From contig OZ024742.1 of NCBI GenBank assembly GCA_964016885.1, positions 100,564,001 to 100,628,000 on the forward strand: a stretch of DNA of 64,000 nucleotides. The letters run 5' to 3'. Made by a program: the position numbers and the translations under genes. The notes below the pieces were generated by a model. That model was not told the origin of the DNA. It made no database searches and worked only from the letters and a program-made list of their open reading frames with translations. The stretch is from Eledone cirrhosa (lineage: Eukaryota). How positions within the stretch are numbered: the stretch's first letter is position 1; the number at the start of each line of letters is the position of its first letter. Positions 43,860 through 57,440 of the stretch are shown here, in pieces.

Positions 43860-44879
43860 ATCTATTGAATGGGAGGGTAGATGTGTCTTTGGTGGTGGGG
43901 AGTGTTTGAGAATAGAGGTAGGGGAGGATAGAGGTAGGGATGTACACGTAGTTTGCTTTGGTTTTCTTTGCTTTTTTTAATATCTAGTTGCTGCTTAAGT
44001 GGGTAGGGCAGGTAGGAGTAGCTGGGGTGGGTTTGTAGTGAAGTTTTGCTTTAGTGTAAAATACATATTGTATTAACCACGTATGTATATATGAGTGTGT
44101 TTGTGTGGACGTTTGTGTGTGCGCGTATGAGGGTGTGTTTATGTGTGTGTGTGCGTGTACGTGTTTGTGTCTGTCTGTCTTTGTGTATGTCTGTGTGTGT
44201 GTGTGTGTGTGTGTGTGCATCTGTGTGTGTGTGTGCCTGTGAGTGCGCGTGCGTGTGTGTGTGCGTGTCTGTATGTGTGTGTGTGTGTGTGTGTGTACCT
44301 GTGAGCGTGTGTGTAGTGTGTGTGTGTGTATATATATATATATGTATATGTGTGTGTGTCTAGGTGTGTGATCCTGCTTTGATCCTTTGGTTTGTCTAGT
44401 GATTCATCTTGGATTAAACTAATGTAAAACAACAATATACAACAACAACACAAACTAAACAATAGACAGCTACTACATAGAACTTACAACAACATAAACT
44501 AACACAAACAACTACATACAACATAACAAACTAACAATAGACAACTACAACTACAACAACAACTACAACTACACATTTGTGTCTTAACACTCCGTGTACG
44601 TGATTTTTACACTGTATTTTGTATATGTATATGTAAGGTTATGTATACGTACGTGTGTGTGTGTGTGTGTACTTTTAATATTGTGTACCTTGAATTATGC
44701 CCTTTGAGGTGGGTAAGCATGTGTGTGAGTGTATGTATGTATGTGTGTGTATGTGTGTGTTTGTGTGTGTATATATATGTGTGTGTGTGTGTGTGTGTTT
44801 CCTTTAAGTCCACATCCTGTGTGAATGGGCATGCATACATAAATACGTACATATGTATGTACTACGTATGTACATGCGT

Positions 44880-45198
44880 ATGTGTATGTATGAGTGTATG
44901 TATGTATGTATGTATGTATGAATGTATATATGTGTGTATGTATGTATAGATGTGTGTATGTATGCATGTATGTATGTATGTATGTGTGTATGTATGTATA
45001 TGTGTGTGTATGCATGCATGTATGTATGTATGTATATATGTGTGTATGTATGAGTGTATGTATGTATATATGTGTGTATGTATGAGTGTATGTATGTATG
45101 TATGTATATATGTGTGTATGTATGTATGTATGTATGTATGTATGTATATACGTATGTATGTATGCATGTATGTATGTATGTATATATATATATGTATG

Positions 45199-45229
<31 letters not shown>

Positions 45230-45538
45230 GAGTGTATGTATGTATATACGTATGTATGTATGCATGTATGTATGTATGTATGTATATATATATGTATGTA
45301 TGTATATGTGTGTATGTGTGTATATATGAGTGTATGTATGTATGTATATGTGTGTGTGTATGTATGTATGTATGTATGTATGTATGTATGTATGTATGTA
45401 TGTATATATGTATGTATATATGTGTGTATGTATGAGTGTATCTATGTATATATGTGTGTATGTATGAGTGTATGTATGTATGTATGTATGTATATATGTA
45501 TGTATGCATCTATGTATGTATGTGTGTATGTATGTATG

Positions 45539-45569
<31 letters not shown>

Positions 45570-45578
45570 GAGTGTATG

Positions 45579-45609
<31 letters not shown>

Positions 45610-45695
45610 GAGTGTATGTATGTATATATGTGTGTATGTGTGTATGTATGAGTGTATCTATGTATGTATGTATGTATGTATGTGTGTATGAATGT
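44880..45695. repeat. (TATG)n compound microsatellite
   Basis: Direct inspection. Confidence 0.95.
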
Positions 45696-47321
45696 ATGGC
45701 GCCATGTGTGTAAATATACGCGCTCATGTGACGACCTCGAGTCACTTTAAACATCAAGTTAAAATGATGGATCTCTTTGAAGAACCCCAATATCACATCC
45801 TCCATACTGCTACTCCACCACCTCACCACTTGCCAGGGGTGGGTGAGTGGGTAGCTACACCCTAGCCCTCGTTCGAATTGTCAGCTCCATACTACTGCCG
45901 CACCGCCTCACCATCAATCAGAGGGAGAGAGATAGAACATACCCAAACCTTGGTTAAGAATTAGCGACTAGAATCTTATCTAACTTGGGTGTGGTAGTTA
46001 ATTGTGGCAAGGACGGCTGGAGTGACGAAATCCTATTAATGTTCATAGATCTACTTGAGTTGTAGATGTTGTGACGTTCGTGGAGTTTCACTGTAATTGT
46101 GATGGAGATGCCAGCCGCAAGAACGAAGTCCGCGAGATGGACAGGCCTTTAGACTTTTATATATTCTCTCCTACGGTGGCGAATTGGCAGAGTCGTTAGA
46201 ATGTCGGATAGAATGCTTTGCGGTATTCGTTTCAACTTTCTGCTCATATTCTGCCGAGGTCAACTTTGCCTTTCATCCATTCGAGATCGATAAAAATAAT
46301 ACCATTCTCGTACTGGGGTCAATTCTTCCTCTATATTTATTTCTAACTTCTATTCTCTCACTCTCTCTATCCATCTCTAAAAGAAATCTGCTAGTTACTC
46401 AGACCTGGAGAAGATTGGGATCCGCCAGGTTTTAAAACGCCCAAAAAATGCCGTATGTCAAAACGGCACCCGTACGACTCCCTCGGGAGTTACGTAGCCA
46501 TGCAATATGGTCGCCTGTTGACTTCTCCCATACAATTACTGCGTGCATCTAAAATGTCATTCTAGTCACCCACTAACACTAATGACGGAGCCATTCCTAA
46601 GAAAGCTCCAAGAGCTCTAATGAGATCCTGTCTTGTAGCACATGTCGTGGAGAGGGAGTAAGCAGCAAACCTATTCAAAAGCACAACTGCCTCTACTGCT
46701 TCTCACATCTATGACCAATATAATTGTTTCTACTTTTGGCACAAGGCCAGCAATTATCCCAGTACATTACTGGTACTTTATTTTATCGACCCCGTAAGGA
46801 TGAAAGGCAAAGTGAACCTCGGCGGGATTTGAACTCAGACCATAAAGGGGCGTAACTTTATGCTGCAAAGCATGGCGTCCGACTGCCAATCAATGGTTTC
46901 TAATTTGGGGGAACGGCAAAATTGATTAAATCTGCCCCAGTACTTCATGGATACTTTTATTATATATCGACCCCAAAAAGATGAAAGACAAAATTGCCCT
47001 CGATGAGTTTTGAACGCAAAATGCCGTAACAAAATGCTGCAAGCATTTTGCCCGATGCTCTACTGATTCTGCCAGTGGAAAGCATACAAGATTAGCAAAA
47101 CTTTGGAAACATCGAACAAATTCTTTGTTACATTTATTATGGAGGCTTTTTATACTTCAAGTTCCAAAGGCAAACATTTTGAAGCATATATCATTAAACA
47201 TACAAACTTCACATACTTATATGTATACAGTTATGTCGGAGCGAAAACTTTAATTCTATGTTCAAGCTGAGTCTGCCAGAGAGCTCCAGATGCAAATGAG
47301 GCCAATCATTGGATAGACAAA

Positions 47322-47406
<85 letters not shown>

Positions 47407-47414
47407 ATGTTCGG

Positions 47415-47600
47415 ATCTAGCTGTCGAAACGGCCTGAGCTCAGCTATAGGAGTCCTGAATCATTTCATATTACCCACTCTACTACCCCAAGTATCGAGTA
47501 CCCTGATGGGTTATGGTCTAGCTGGTTTTACCACACCCTATCATATATATATATATATATATTATGGTCCACCTGGTATCTTATCACACCCTCTTTGTTA
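47415..47600 (+). mobile_element. Family C-related 3' end without an inverted arm (another copy on - strand at 55673-55771)
   Basis: GTCGAAACGGCCTGAGCTCAGCT...TACCCACTCTACTACCCCAAGTATCGAGTAC homology. Confidence 0.6.
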
Positions 47601-47620
47601 AATATTATCATAACCAAAGT

Positions 47621-47688
47621 ATATATTTTATTATACATATTTCAAAGGTACCATGGTGTACAGTACGTTTTCATCAGATAAAATATAT
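47621..47688 (-). ncRNA. Type-I hammerhead ribozyme, family E-related
   Basis: Reverse complement reads ATATATTTTAT-CTGATGA-AAA.GTAC/GTAC.TTT-GAAA-TATGTAT-A-ATAAAATATAT, giving an 11-bp stem I. Confidence 0.78.
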
Positions 47689-48061
47689 AAGAGATTGGAT
47701 ATACGACATACCGCTAAGGTCTTGAATCTTCAATATCTGTATTAGAGGTGTGCATGAAGTCTAATACGTTATCTCTCTGTATAATAAACATACAAGAATC
47801 TTGCTATGAATATTTTAGCTGAGATCATGTCACCACTGTATCAGTTATCTACCAAGATAGTTGACATGATCACAGCTTAAATATTGCAAAGCGAGATTGG
47901 AGATCGTATGTTTACGAAACATATCGTACATACCTTCAAAATAACCCCTCTATTATGAAGCACGCTATGTAAGTGCCACTACTTATACATCTATATATAT
48001 ATATATATATATAAACATTCGTTGTACTGCCTCTCTGTTTTGTTCCTGTTCAAATTTTTCC

Positions 48062-48114
<53 letters not shown>

Positions 48115-48151
48115 CACTACTTATATATATATATATATGTGTGTCACTATA

Positions 48152-48200
<49 letters not shown>

Positions 48201-48205
48201 CACTA

Positions 48206-48277
<72 letters not shown>

Positions 48278-48497
48278 TACATTCATCTATGTGTATGTAT
48301 GGACATTTACACACTAACGATATCATACTCACACACACACACGTACTTATGTATTTTATAATTAGACAGTCTGTATGTAAGACAGATTATACCACCAGTA
48401 AAAGCAACACACTGACTGTATGCTATGTAAATATAACAGTTAGTTATTCTCGCCTTCTTTTGATATATATATATCTATATATATATATATATATACA

Positions 48498-48569
<72 letters not shown>

Positions 48570-48571
<2 letters not shown>

Positions 48572-48972
48572 AACGAGTAGGACCCCGACGGCTGAGCTCA
48601 AGCCGTTTCGACGGCTAATTCTGGACTAAATGAAAATTTATCCTGGTATTTGAATAGCCGAACTTCTCAAGGGGTAATTCCATATATGGTCAAAGTGATT
48701 GTCACAGGGATAGGTCATCAAGTTGTTTCAACTACTAACTTTTTCACCTATCCCTGTGACAATCACTTTGACCATATATGGAATTACCCCTTGAGAAGTT
48801 CGGCTATTCAAATACCAGGATAAATTTTCATTTAGTCCAGAATTAGCCGTCGAAACGGCTTGAGCTCAGCCGTCGGGGTCCTACTCGTTCCTATTACCCA
48901 CTCTACTACCCTAAGTATTGAGTACTTTGGTGCGTTATGGTCCACCTGGTTCCTTACCACATTTCTTTCGTT
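48570..48972 (+). mobile_element. Fold-back PLE-like 3'-end insertion, family C
   Basis: 146-bp inverted arms 48570-48715 and 48746-48891, a ~80-nt tail on the right only, (TA)n flanks, and an internal HHR. Confidence 0.8.
48786..48879 (+). ncRNA. Type-I hammerhead ribozyme with U3-A8 variant core (mirror copy on - strand at 48582-48675)
   Basis: Stem I ACCCC/GGGGT; core TTGAGAA; long stem II (CGGCTA/TAGCCG plus inner GGA-TAAAT/ATTTA-TCC hairpin); GAAA; stem III ACGGCT/AGCCGT with palindromic GAGCTC loop; GUC site, predicted cleavage after 48874. Confidence 0.7.
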
Positions 48973-49037
48973 ATATGTATATACATGTGTCTGTATATAT
49001 ATATACTAGATATTATATATGTATGTATGTATGTGTG

Positions 49038-49136
<99 letters not shown>

Positions 49137-49894
49137 ATTTATATATACATAAGTGTGTGTGTGTATATATATATATATGTGTGTATATATATATACACGT
49201 GTGTATGTGTATATATATATATATATGTGTGTGTATATATATATATATGTGTGTGTGTATGTGTGTATATATATGTGTGTGAGTGTGTGTGTATACTTGC
49301 TTATATTTTAGTTGGTGCTGTTGTAGTTTTTATCACTCTTGTTTTATCTTTTAAGACATTCTAAATCTTTTGTTCTCAATCACACTCTCTCTTTCTCTCT
49401 GTCTCTCTCTCTTTCCCTCTCTGTCCCTCTCTCTCTGTCTCTCTGTCTCTCTCTCCCACCCCCTCTCTCTCTCTCTCTCTTTCCCCCTCTCTCTCTCACA
49501 CAATCTCTTCCTTGCTCCCCCTCTCTCTCTACATCTTTCTGTTTACCTATCCATCTTTCAGAAATAATACGTCCAGAGTTGGAAGTAGTTTCCGTTATAC
49601 CTGGGGGGTGGGGGGTAGATAGAGTGGATAGGGTGGGGCCCAAACAAGGTATGTGTGGGCGATGACAACTGGTTGGTGTGGGTGGTGGTGGCGGAGTTGT
49701 TATAATGGTGGGGGTGGGTTGGTGGTTTGTGATAAAAAATGAGGAAGAATAGAAAATCCTATATATCAGCAATTAATTAGGTGGACTTAATCCAGTTGGT
49801 ATAATTGTGCTCTCTCTCCCCCTCTCTCTCTCTCTATATATATATGTGTGTGTGTGTATGTGTGTTTATATAAGTACATATATATACACACACA

Positions 49895-49969
49895 CAGGGT
49901 GTCCCCCAAAATGTATACACACTTCCAACAACATTCTAATCAAAGTGTGTATACATTTTGGGGGACACA

Positions 49970-49972
<3 letters not shown>
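49895..49972. mobile_element. Tiny Tc1/mariner-type MITE
   Basis: ~30-bp TIR CAGGGTGTCCCCCAAAATGTATACACACTT / AAGTGTGTATACATTTTGGGGGACACACTG. Confidence 0.7.
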
Positions 49973-50025
<53 letters not shown>

Positions 50026-50076
50026 ACAGTGTATAAATTATACATATGTATATGTATGTGTGCTGTGTATATATAA

Positions 50077-50134
<58 letters not shown>

Positions 50135-50183
50135 AGTGTATAAATTATACATATGTATATGTATGTGTGCTGTATATATATAA

Positions 50184-50263
<80 letters not shown>

Positions 50264-51199
50264 GTGTGTGTGTGCGTGCGTGCGTGTGCGCTTCTATGTG
50301 TGCATGCTTATGTAACATTAGTTTTGAGTATGTGTGTAGAAAGCCTTTCATCTCTTGGGTGTTTTAATTTTAACTTAGAAGAAAAGAATAAAAAACATTC
50401 AATGGTGAAGTGAGGTGGGGTTTAGTGGAATGCTACTTTTTTTCCTTTACCACACACACACATATACACACACAAATCATCATAGACACATCAACTACAC
50501 ATAGGCGCGCACACACACACACACGTGCTGGGGTGGAGGTAAAATAAGAGGTGGTAATGAGCTACAAACGAAGTAAAAAAACGGATACTTCTGTTCTCAG
50601 ACTTAAAGCTAAGTAGATTTTTAAGGTCTCGGTTACATTTGCCTGACAGCAATAATAACTATAACAACAACAACAATAATAATTACTATTATTATTAATC
50701 ATTTCGTTGTTGCCATCAAGGTAGAGAAACAGAGAGGACAAAAGACTAAAAAATTGGTTACACGAACATGAAATTATAAACAAAATGCTTTTCTTTATCT
50801 CTCACACTCTTCATATCGGTGTGTATAAAGAAAGAGAGAGATAGAGAGGGGGATAGCAATGATAGAAGGGAGTTGTAGTCAGTGTCCTACAATATGTGAA
50901 GGGCATCAAATTACAATTGTTTTGTCGTTGTTGCTACTATATATAATATATTTATATCTATTGGATTGGCAGTATCGGTAGAGGGTCGGACGCCATGCTT
51001 TGAAGCATAGAGTTACGGCCCTTACCATTCTGAGTTCAAATCCCGCCGAGGTTAACTTTGCTTTTCATCCTTACGGAGTCGATAAAATAAAGTACCAGTA
51101 ATGTACTGGATAATTGCTGGCCTTGTGCCAAAAGTAGAAACAATTATATCTATCTAGATGCTTAACGCAAGGGTCCCGATGTAATTTTCAACCATATAT

Positions 51200-51232
<33 letters not shown>

Positions 51233-51237
51233 TATAA

Positions 51238-51388
51238 GAAAAATGGAGTGCTGCGTGGTTGCACATGAGTTACATATGAATAAAATTAGCCCTTCATCAG
51301 TCATCTTCCAACCTTCATTGGTATTTCATCGCTTTAAAAATGAAATACCAATGAAGGTTGGAAGATCACTGATGAAGGGCTAATTTTA

Positions 51389-51395
<7 letters not shown>
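51238..51395 (-). mobile_element. Fold-back insertion, family F (related non-foldback copies at about 6120-6420 and 55950-56245)
   Basis: ~56-bp inverted arms 51274-51329 and 51340-51395, with extra sequence on the left. All three copies share GAAATACC(A/T)ATGA.GG...CACTGATGA. Confidence 0.6.
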
Positions 51396-51437
<42 letters not shown>

Positions 51438-51954
51438 TTGGTATATATATATATATAAGAGAAATTTTGCAAGACTTTTACACTTTCGTGCATCTAAAAA
51501 GCCATTCCAATGCACACTAACAGGGAGGATCCTAAGAAAACTTCTAAACCTCTGAAGAGATCCTGTCTTGCATGCAGCCCTTGTCGAGGAATTTAAAAGC
51601 ACAACCGTCTCAACTCATGCTCACATCTACGGCCAATATCATGGTTTCTAATGTAGACACACAGCCTGCAAATTTGAGGAAAGAGCAAAGTTGACTGGTA
51701 GTTTTATCTGGTACTTTGATTATCAACGTCATCAGAAGGATGTGAGGCTAAGTTCATATCAACGAGATTTGAACTCAAAACGTAAAGGGCCGTGACTAAA
51801 TGCTGCAGAGCATTTTACCCGACGCTCTATTGATTCTGCTAATGGAAATCATAGAACAGGTTTGTCAAAGTCTTTAATCGACTCACCTCCACCAAACGAA
51901 TTACTGGTCTTATCCCTAAATTACAAATCAGTATCGTTATTATCTCTACACTAT

Positions 51955-52692
51955 CAGTTCAAATCTCGCCGAGGTTAACTTTGCCTTTCATCCTTACGGG
52001 GTCGATAAAATAAAGGACCAGCAAGTACTAGGGTCGATTTAATTGACTTTCCACTCCCCTTCAAAACATTGTTGGCCTTGTGCCTGAAATAGAAACAATT
52101 ATTATCATTACACTAAGGGCGGTGAATTGGCAATATCGGTAGAACGTCGGGAGGCATAAAGTTATGTCCCTTTACGCGTTCTGAGTTCAAATCTCGCTGA
52201 AGTTAACTTTGCTTTACATCCTTCTGTGGTCGATAAAATAAAGCACCAGTAACGCACTGAGGTCAATTAAATCGACCCCCTCCCCCTCAAAAAATGGTGG
52301 CCTTGTGCCTAAATCAAACCATTATTATCACTCGGTGGATTGGCAGTATCGGTAGAGGGTCGGACGCCATGCTTTCCAGCATAGTTACGTCCCTTTACGA
52401 TCTGAGTTCAAATTCCGCCGAGGTTGACTTTGCCTTTCATCCTTACGGGGTCGATAAAATAAAGTACCAGTAACACACTGGCTAATTGCTGGCCTTGTGC
52501 CTAAAGTAGAAACAATTATTATCACTAGAGTCGGACGCCATGCTTTCCAGCATAGTTACGCCCCTTTACGGTCTGAGTTCAAATCCCGCCGAGGTTTACT
52601 TTGCCTTTCATCCTTACGGGGTCGATAAAAAAAAGTACCAGTAATGCACTGGGTAATTGCTGGCCCTGTGCCTAAAGTAGAAACAATTATTA
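51955..52692 (+). mobile_element. Tandem cluster of four SINE family 1 copies
   Basis: Head-to-tail copies at about 51955-52105, 52117-52325, 52333-52520 and 52526-52692, each joined at an (ATT)n tail. Confidence 0.85.
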
Positions 52693-52989
52693 TCACTACC
52701 ACAACTACTGCATGAACCCTTAACTCCTGATTGTGCGGTAAGAGCGCCGTGGGTCTTAGGTATTGAAACTCGACGGAGCCCATCTCAGTCCATGAGTGAA
52801 CACAGTCGATTTCTACCAGTGAAAAAGAGAGAAAGCAAGAGAAAGATATATAGAGGAAGAATAAACCCCCAGTATTAGACTGGTACTTTACTTATCGACC
52901 TTGAGACGATGAAATACATACAAAGTTGACCTCGGTGGGATTTGAACTCAGAAAGCGCTGAGAGTGGATTGAGTCTGTCAATTCAGCGC

Positions 52990-53029
<40 letters not shown>

Positions 53030-53053
53030 CATTACTACTACCACCACACTCTT

Positions 53054-53128
<75 letters not shown>

Positions 53129-54113
53129 CACCATTACTACTACCACCACCACTACTACTACCACCACACCCTCTACTACTACTACTACTACTACTACTTG
53201 TATTCTGGTTATTTTAAAAGTTAATTAGCAACGTTTTGTTATTGTAGTAGGGTATTGTTATTGTAGTTGTCGACAATGTCTCATTATTGAAATAGTTCTA
53301 GAAATATTTTGCTAAGTTCGTGGAAATTAAAATAAGCAATAATCACACCACTACTGCCACTACTATCATTATCATCATCATCATCATCATCGTTGTGAAC
53401 ATAAACAACGCCGTCGTCATCAACGACATCCATTGTTTTCATCATTGCTGTCGTCATTATTATTAATATCAACACCACCATCATCATCATCAATTTCAGT
53501 GAAATTTCCCATGATATTATTAGACTTAAAAATAACTAAGGATGGTTAAGTATGACATAAATAGCCATATACCGTACTAAACTACCTACACACATACATA
53601 TGACAGACCTGCGTATGTGTGTATCATAATCTATAAAGCTCAGTGTGTGGTCATGCTCCTTTCTTATAGAAATCTACGATATAGAATTTCTTCAATTGAA
53701 ATTTACAATTCAGTATTCGAAATAGCCTCGATTGCGTCTTGTCACAGATAATTTTTTCAATTTCACCCACAATTACGCAAAAAATAGATAAAACTCAATA
53801 TTTTACGATTTTTCTCTGTCATATAAATTGCTAAACTCTTTCCACTACCATTCAAAATCTATACAACTTCATACTTTCTGCTACTTTCTCTTTCCAAGCT
53901 TGATGGTGATACTGTCCGTTTTACTGTCTCATATCATCTGCCTACCTCTAACTACAACCCACACATTTTGCTACTTTCTCTTTTATACAGATACATTTAT
54001 TCAACAACAAGCGATAAATCTTTTTTAAAACCTCTTTTCCAAACGCATACAAACACACACTCACTTCAACAACAACAACAACAATCTGCCTTTTATAGAT
54101 AATGATAAACAAT

Positions 54114-54390
54114 AATATCCTCTATGAGGTCACTAAACCTGCTAGAAACAGCAGCTAACTCGCTCCCATACCACACCCCTCCCTAATGTCTTAAATTTAG
54201 AAAACATATCTTCTATGAGGTCACTAAACCTGCTAGAAACAGCAGCTAACTCTCCCCCATATCACACCACTCCCTACTGTCTTAAATTTAGAAAACACAT
54301 ATCCTCTATGAGGTCACTAAACCTGCTAGTAACAACAGCTAACTCTCCCTCATATCACACCCATCCCTACTGTCTTAAATTTAGAAAACA
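54114..54390. repeat. Three tandem ~93-bp units
   Basis: ATATCCTCTATGAGGTCACTAAACCTGCTAG...GTCTTAAATTTAGAAAAC, three times. Confidence 0.85.
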
Positions 54391-54676
54391 CACAGACAAC
54401 CATGCAGAACAACTCCATCGCAGCTCTGTTGTTCGGCTGGCATCGTCTACGCGCGTGTTGCGCAAGTACTGTGAAACAATAAATTTCAACACTTTTTTGC
54501 ACAGAGATAATATCCATAGGCGAAACTACAATTGTCACTGCTGGCGCAGCTCCTGCTTCCAGGTCTGCAATTCATTCACCCAGTGCCTGGCAGACAAAAA
54601 AGTGCTGCCATAAAATGGGTGGTGCAACCTAACTTTGGTAACTTAATGACCCCGAGCAACGCCGGGCTTTAATGCG
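54390..54676 (+). mobile_element. Possible Helitron 3' end
   Basis: Terminal hairpin CCCGAGCAACGCCGGG close to the apparent end. No intact CTAG seen. Confidence 0.4.
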
Positions 54677-54678
54677 TA

Positions 54679-54749
<71 letters not shown>

Positions 54750-54928
54750 AAAGGATAACAAGGACGATTGGTTACTCCTTCATTGCATTTATTGGTAGGT
54801 GACGCGCGTTTCGCCACTGATCAGCTCAAGGTTCGATCTGTATCGATCTTACCCGACTCAATAATCGGCATATATATATATATCACAGAAAAAAAGTGAA
54901 TCGGTGTTGCGACGAATGGAAATTATTG

Positions 54929-55024
54929 GACATATTACAATCGTTTCTCTGGCGACCAGCTCGAGGCACGGTCAATGTGATGATCGAACCTGACTCTGGA
55001 AATCGCAAGGTCCTCAGATACGTC
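54929..55024 (-). ncRNA. Type-I hammerhead ribozyme with long stem II
   Basis: Reverse complement: stem I GACGTAT/ATATGTC; CTGAGGA; ~60-nt stem II region (GCGATT/GGTCGC near its base); GAAAC-GATT-GTA. Confidence 0.7.
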
Positions 55025-55037
55025 TTGATTCTACGAA

Positions 55038-55115
<78 letters not shown>

Positions 55116-55246
55116 CCACATACACGTATATATATGTCAAGTGTGTGCAGCCTAACGCAAATGACCATATTTGTCGATCACTTGAGAAAATTATTAATAT
55201 CGACGAAGTTTCGAAGTAAACCGTCACTGTTAATATGTGTATGTGG

Positions 55247-55282
<36 letters not shown>

Positions 55283-55335
55283 ATTTAAAACTGCACTATT
55301 CACAAGTGTTCTTTAACCTTCATATCATGTCTTCC

Positions 55336-55406
55336 TATTTTATCTGATGAAAACACAAATGTTATTGCATGATGATATTTGTTTTTGAAATGCGCATAAT
55401 AAAATA
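55336..55406 (+). ncRNA. Type-I hammerhead ribozyme, family E (second copy)
   Basis: Same architecture as 40690: TATTTTAT-CTGATGA-stem II-GAAATGCGCATA-ATAAAATA. It lies in a repeat (55276-55440) homologous to 40631-40797. Confidence 0.8.
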
Positions 55407-55434
55407 CATGGAACTCTTTTAACCATCTTTTGAT

Positions 55435-55481
<47 letters not shown>

Positions 55482-55565
55482 CCACATACACGTATATTTA
55501 TATATATCAAGTGTGTGCAGCCTAAGTAAATATATATATATATATATATATACGTGTATGTGGGT

Positions 55566-55643
<78 letters not shown>

Positions 55644-55821
55644 GTGTATGTGGGTGTATGTATATATATATAGCAAAGAGGGTGTGGAAAGATACAAGGT
55701 GGACCATAACGCACCAGAGTACTCAATACTTAGGGTAGTAGAGTGGGTAATAGGAAGAGTCAGGACCCCGATATATATATACAGTATAATATATTTATAT
55801 ACACGTGTATACACATGTATG

Positions 55822-55854
<33 letters not shown>

Positions 55855-55899
55855 GTATATATATATAACGTAGGTAATATACTACATGCCTTTGTATAC

Positions 55900-55951
<52 letters not shown>

Positions 55952-56242
55952 TTCCTTCTTCCTCCCGTTAGACCTGTACGGAATTCCTTCCTTGCTCACA
56001 TTCCAACCAGGTTTGATGGTCTTTATTCTCTCTCGTTCACGATTTCACCGAACTTATATTCATGGAAATTTGGGACTTGACTCTTTCTTCCTCATTTTTC
56101 GTTGCTTCACCATCTTTGTTTGTTTACACTCTCGTGTCCCTTTTATTTACGTGTCCCAACGACTTTTTTTAGCCGTTGCTCGCACAAGCGATGAAATACC
56201 AATGATGGTTGGAAGATCACTGATGAAGGATTAACTTTATTC

Positions 56243-56353
<111 letters not shown>

Positions 56354-56915
56354 TATTTACTGTTTGTTTATTCCCGTAACTTAGCGGCTTGACAGAAAGA
56401 GATCGATAAAATAATCCTAGCCTAAACATGACCTACGATTAATATACATTTCATAATATACATTTCATAAGAAGTCCCTCTGTGTCTGTATTTTTAAATT
56501 GAGATTAATTTAATTATAATGAAGTCAAATTTTTAATGAGAAAATCTTATGCAGTATATATGGGTTATATTGAATAATAATAATATTCTTATACAGTATG
56601 TTTTTCCCACTGATTTCTTTACTTGTACTATTTTGCCCTAGGTGTGAATCCCAGTAGTTAAGGTCGTGATTCCCTTCTTTTACTCATGCCGCAATTTAGA
56701 ATAAGTGAAAAATATTTAGGTCCACTCTCTTCTTCTTCTTCTTCTTCTTCTTCTTCTTCTTCTTCTTCTTCTTCTTCTTCTTCTTCTTCTACTAGTGCTG
56801 CTTCTGTTATTATTTTCTTCTCTTCAATCTAATTAACAAGGGGTCTGTTTTAATATCTGTTGTCCCCTATTGTGAAACCCCTTCATTACTTTATTATTGC
56901 CATTATTTTTACTCA

Positions 56916-57253
56916 TTCTGAGTTCAAATCCGGCCGAGGTTAACTTTGCCTTTCATCCTTACGGGGTCGATAAAATAAAGTACCAGTAATGTACTGGGTA
57001 ATTGCTGTTCTTGTGCCAAAAGTAGAAACAATTATTTTTACTATTATTATTACCATTATTAAGGGCGGTGAATTGGCAGTATCGGTAGAGCATCGGACAA
57101 CATGCTTTGAAGCATAGAGTTACGTCCCTTTATGATCTGAGTTCAAATCCTGCCGAGGTTAACTTTGACTTTCATCCTTACGGGGTCGATAAAATAAAGT
57201 ACCAGTAATGTACTGGGTAATTGCTGGCCTTGTGGCTAAAGTAGAAACAATTA
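56916..57253 (+). mobile_element. Two tandem SINE family 1 copies
   Basis: Same B box, core and tail as 14171. Confidence 0.85.
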
Positions 57254-57319
57254 TTACCATTATTATAAACATCATCATCATCATCATCATCATATCATTT
57301 ATGTCATTCTACCCATTCT

Positions 57320-57440
57320 TCTTATTTTTCTTCTTCGCCTTCTTTTTCTTCTTCTCGAGAGGGCCATGGAGGAAGATTCCCCAGACACGCCTTCCAGAGC
57401 GTCCTATCAGAACGACCGTCTCCAAATGATCCGGCTGTAT
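57320..57440 (-). pseudogene. RTE-clade LINE extreme 3' fragment
   Basis: Minus strand encodes SDRTLWKACLGNLPPWPSRE, matching SDRIRWKECLRTLPTRPSRE at 17453, followed by (GAA)n. Confidence 0.6.

Noticed and set aside
51340-51395. CTGATGA in family F (also near 6389 and 56220) as a hammerhead
   Set aside because: No downstream GAAA, stem III or NUH in any of the three copies; at most a truncated remnant.
54114-54390. CRISPR-like repeat array
   Set aside because: Plain tandem units without unique spacers, in a eukaryotic context with no cas genes.
54790-54830. GAAACGCGCGTC on the minus strand (typical 3' half of a minimal PLE hammerhead)
   Set aside because: No matching CUGANGA plus stem I upstream; only a half motif.
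55180-55230. TTGAGAA...GAAG...GTC as another U3-A8 hammerhead
   Set aside because: Stems I and III cannot be paired and GAAA is absent.
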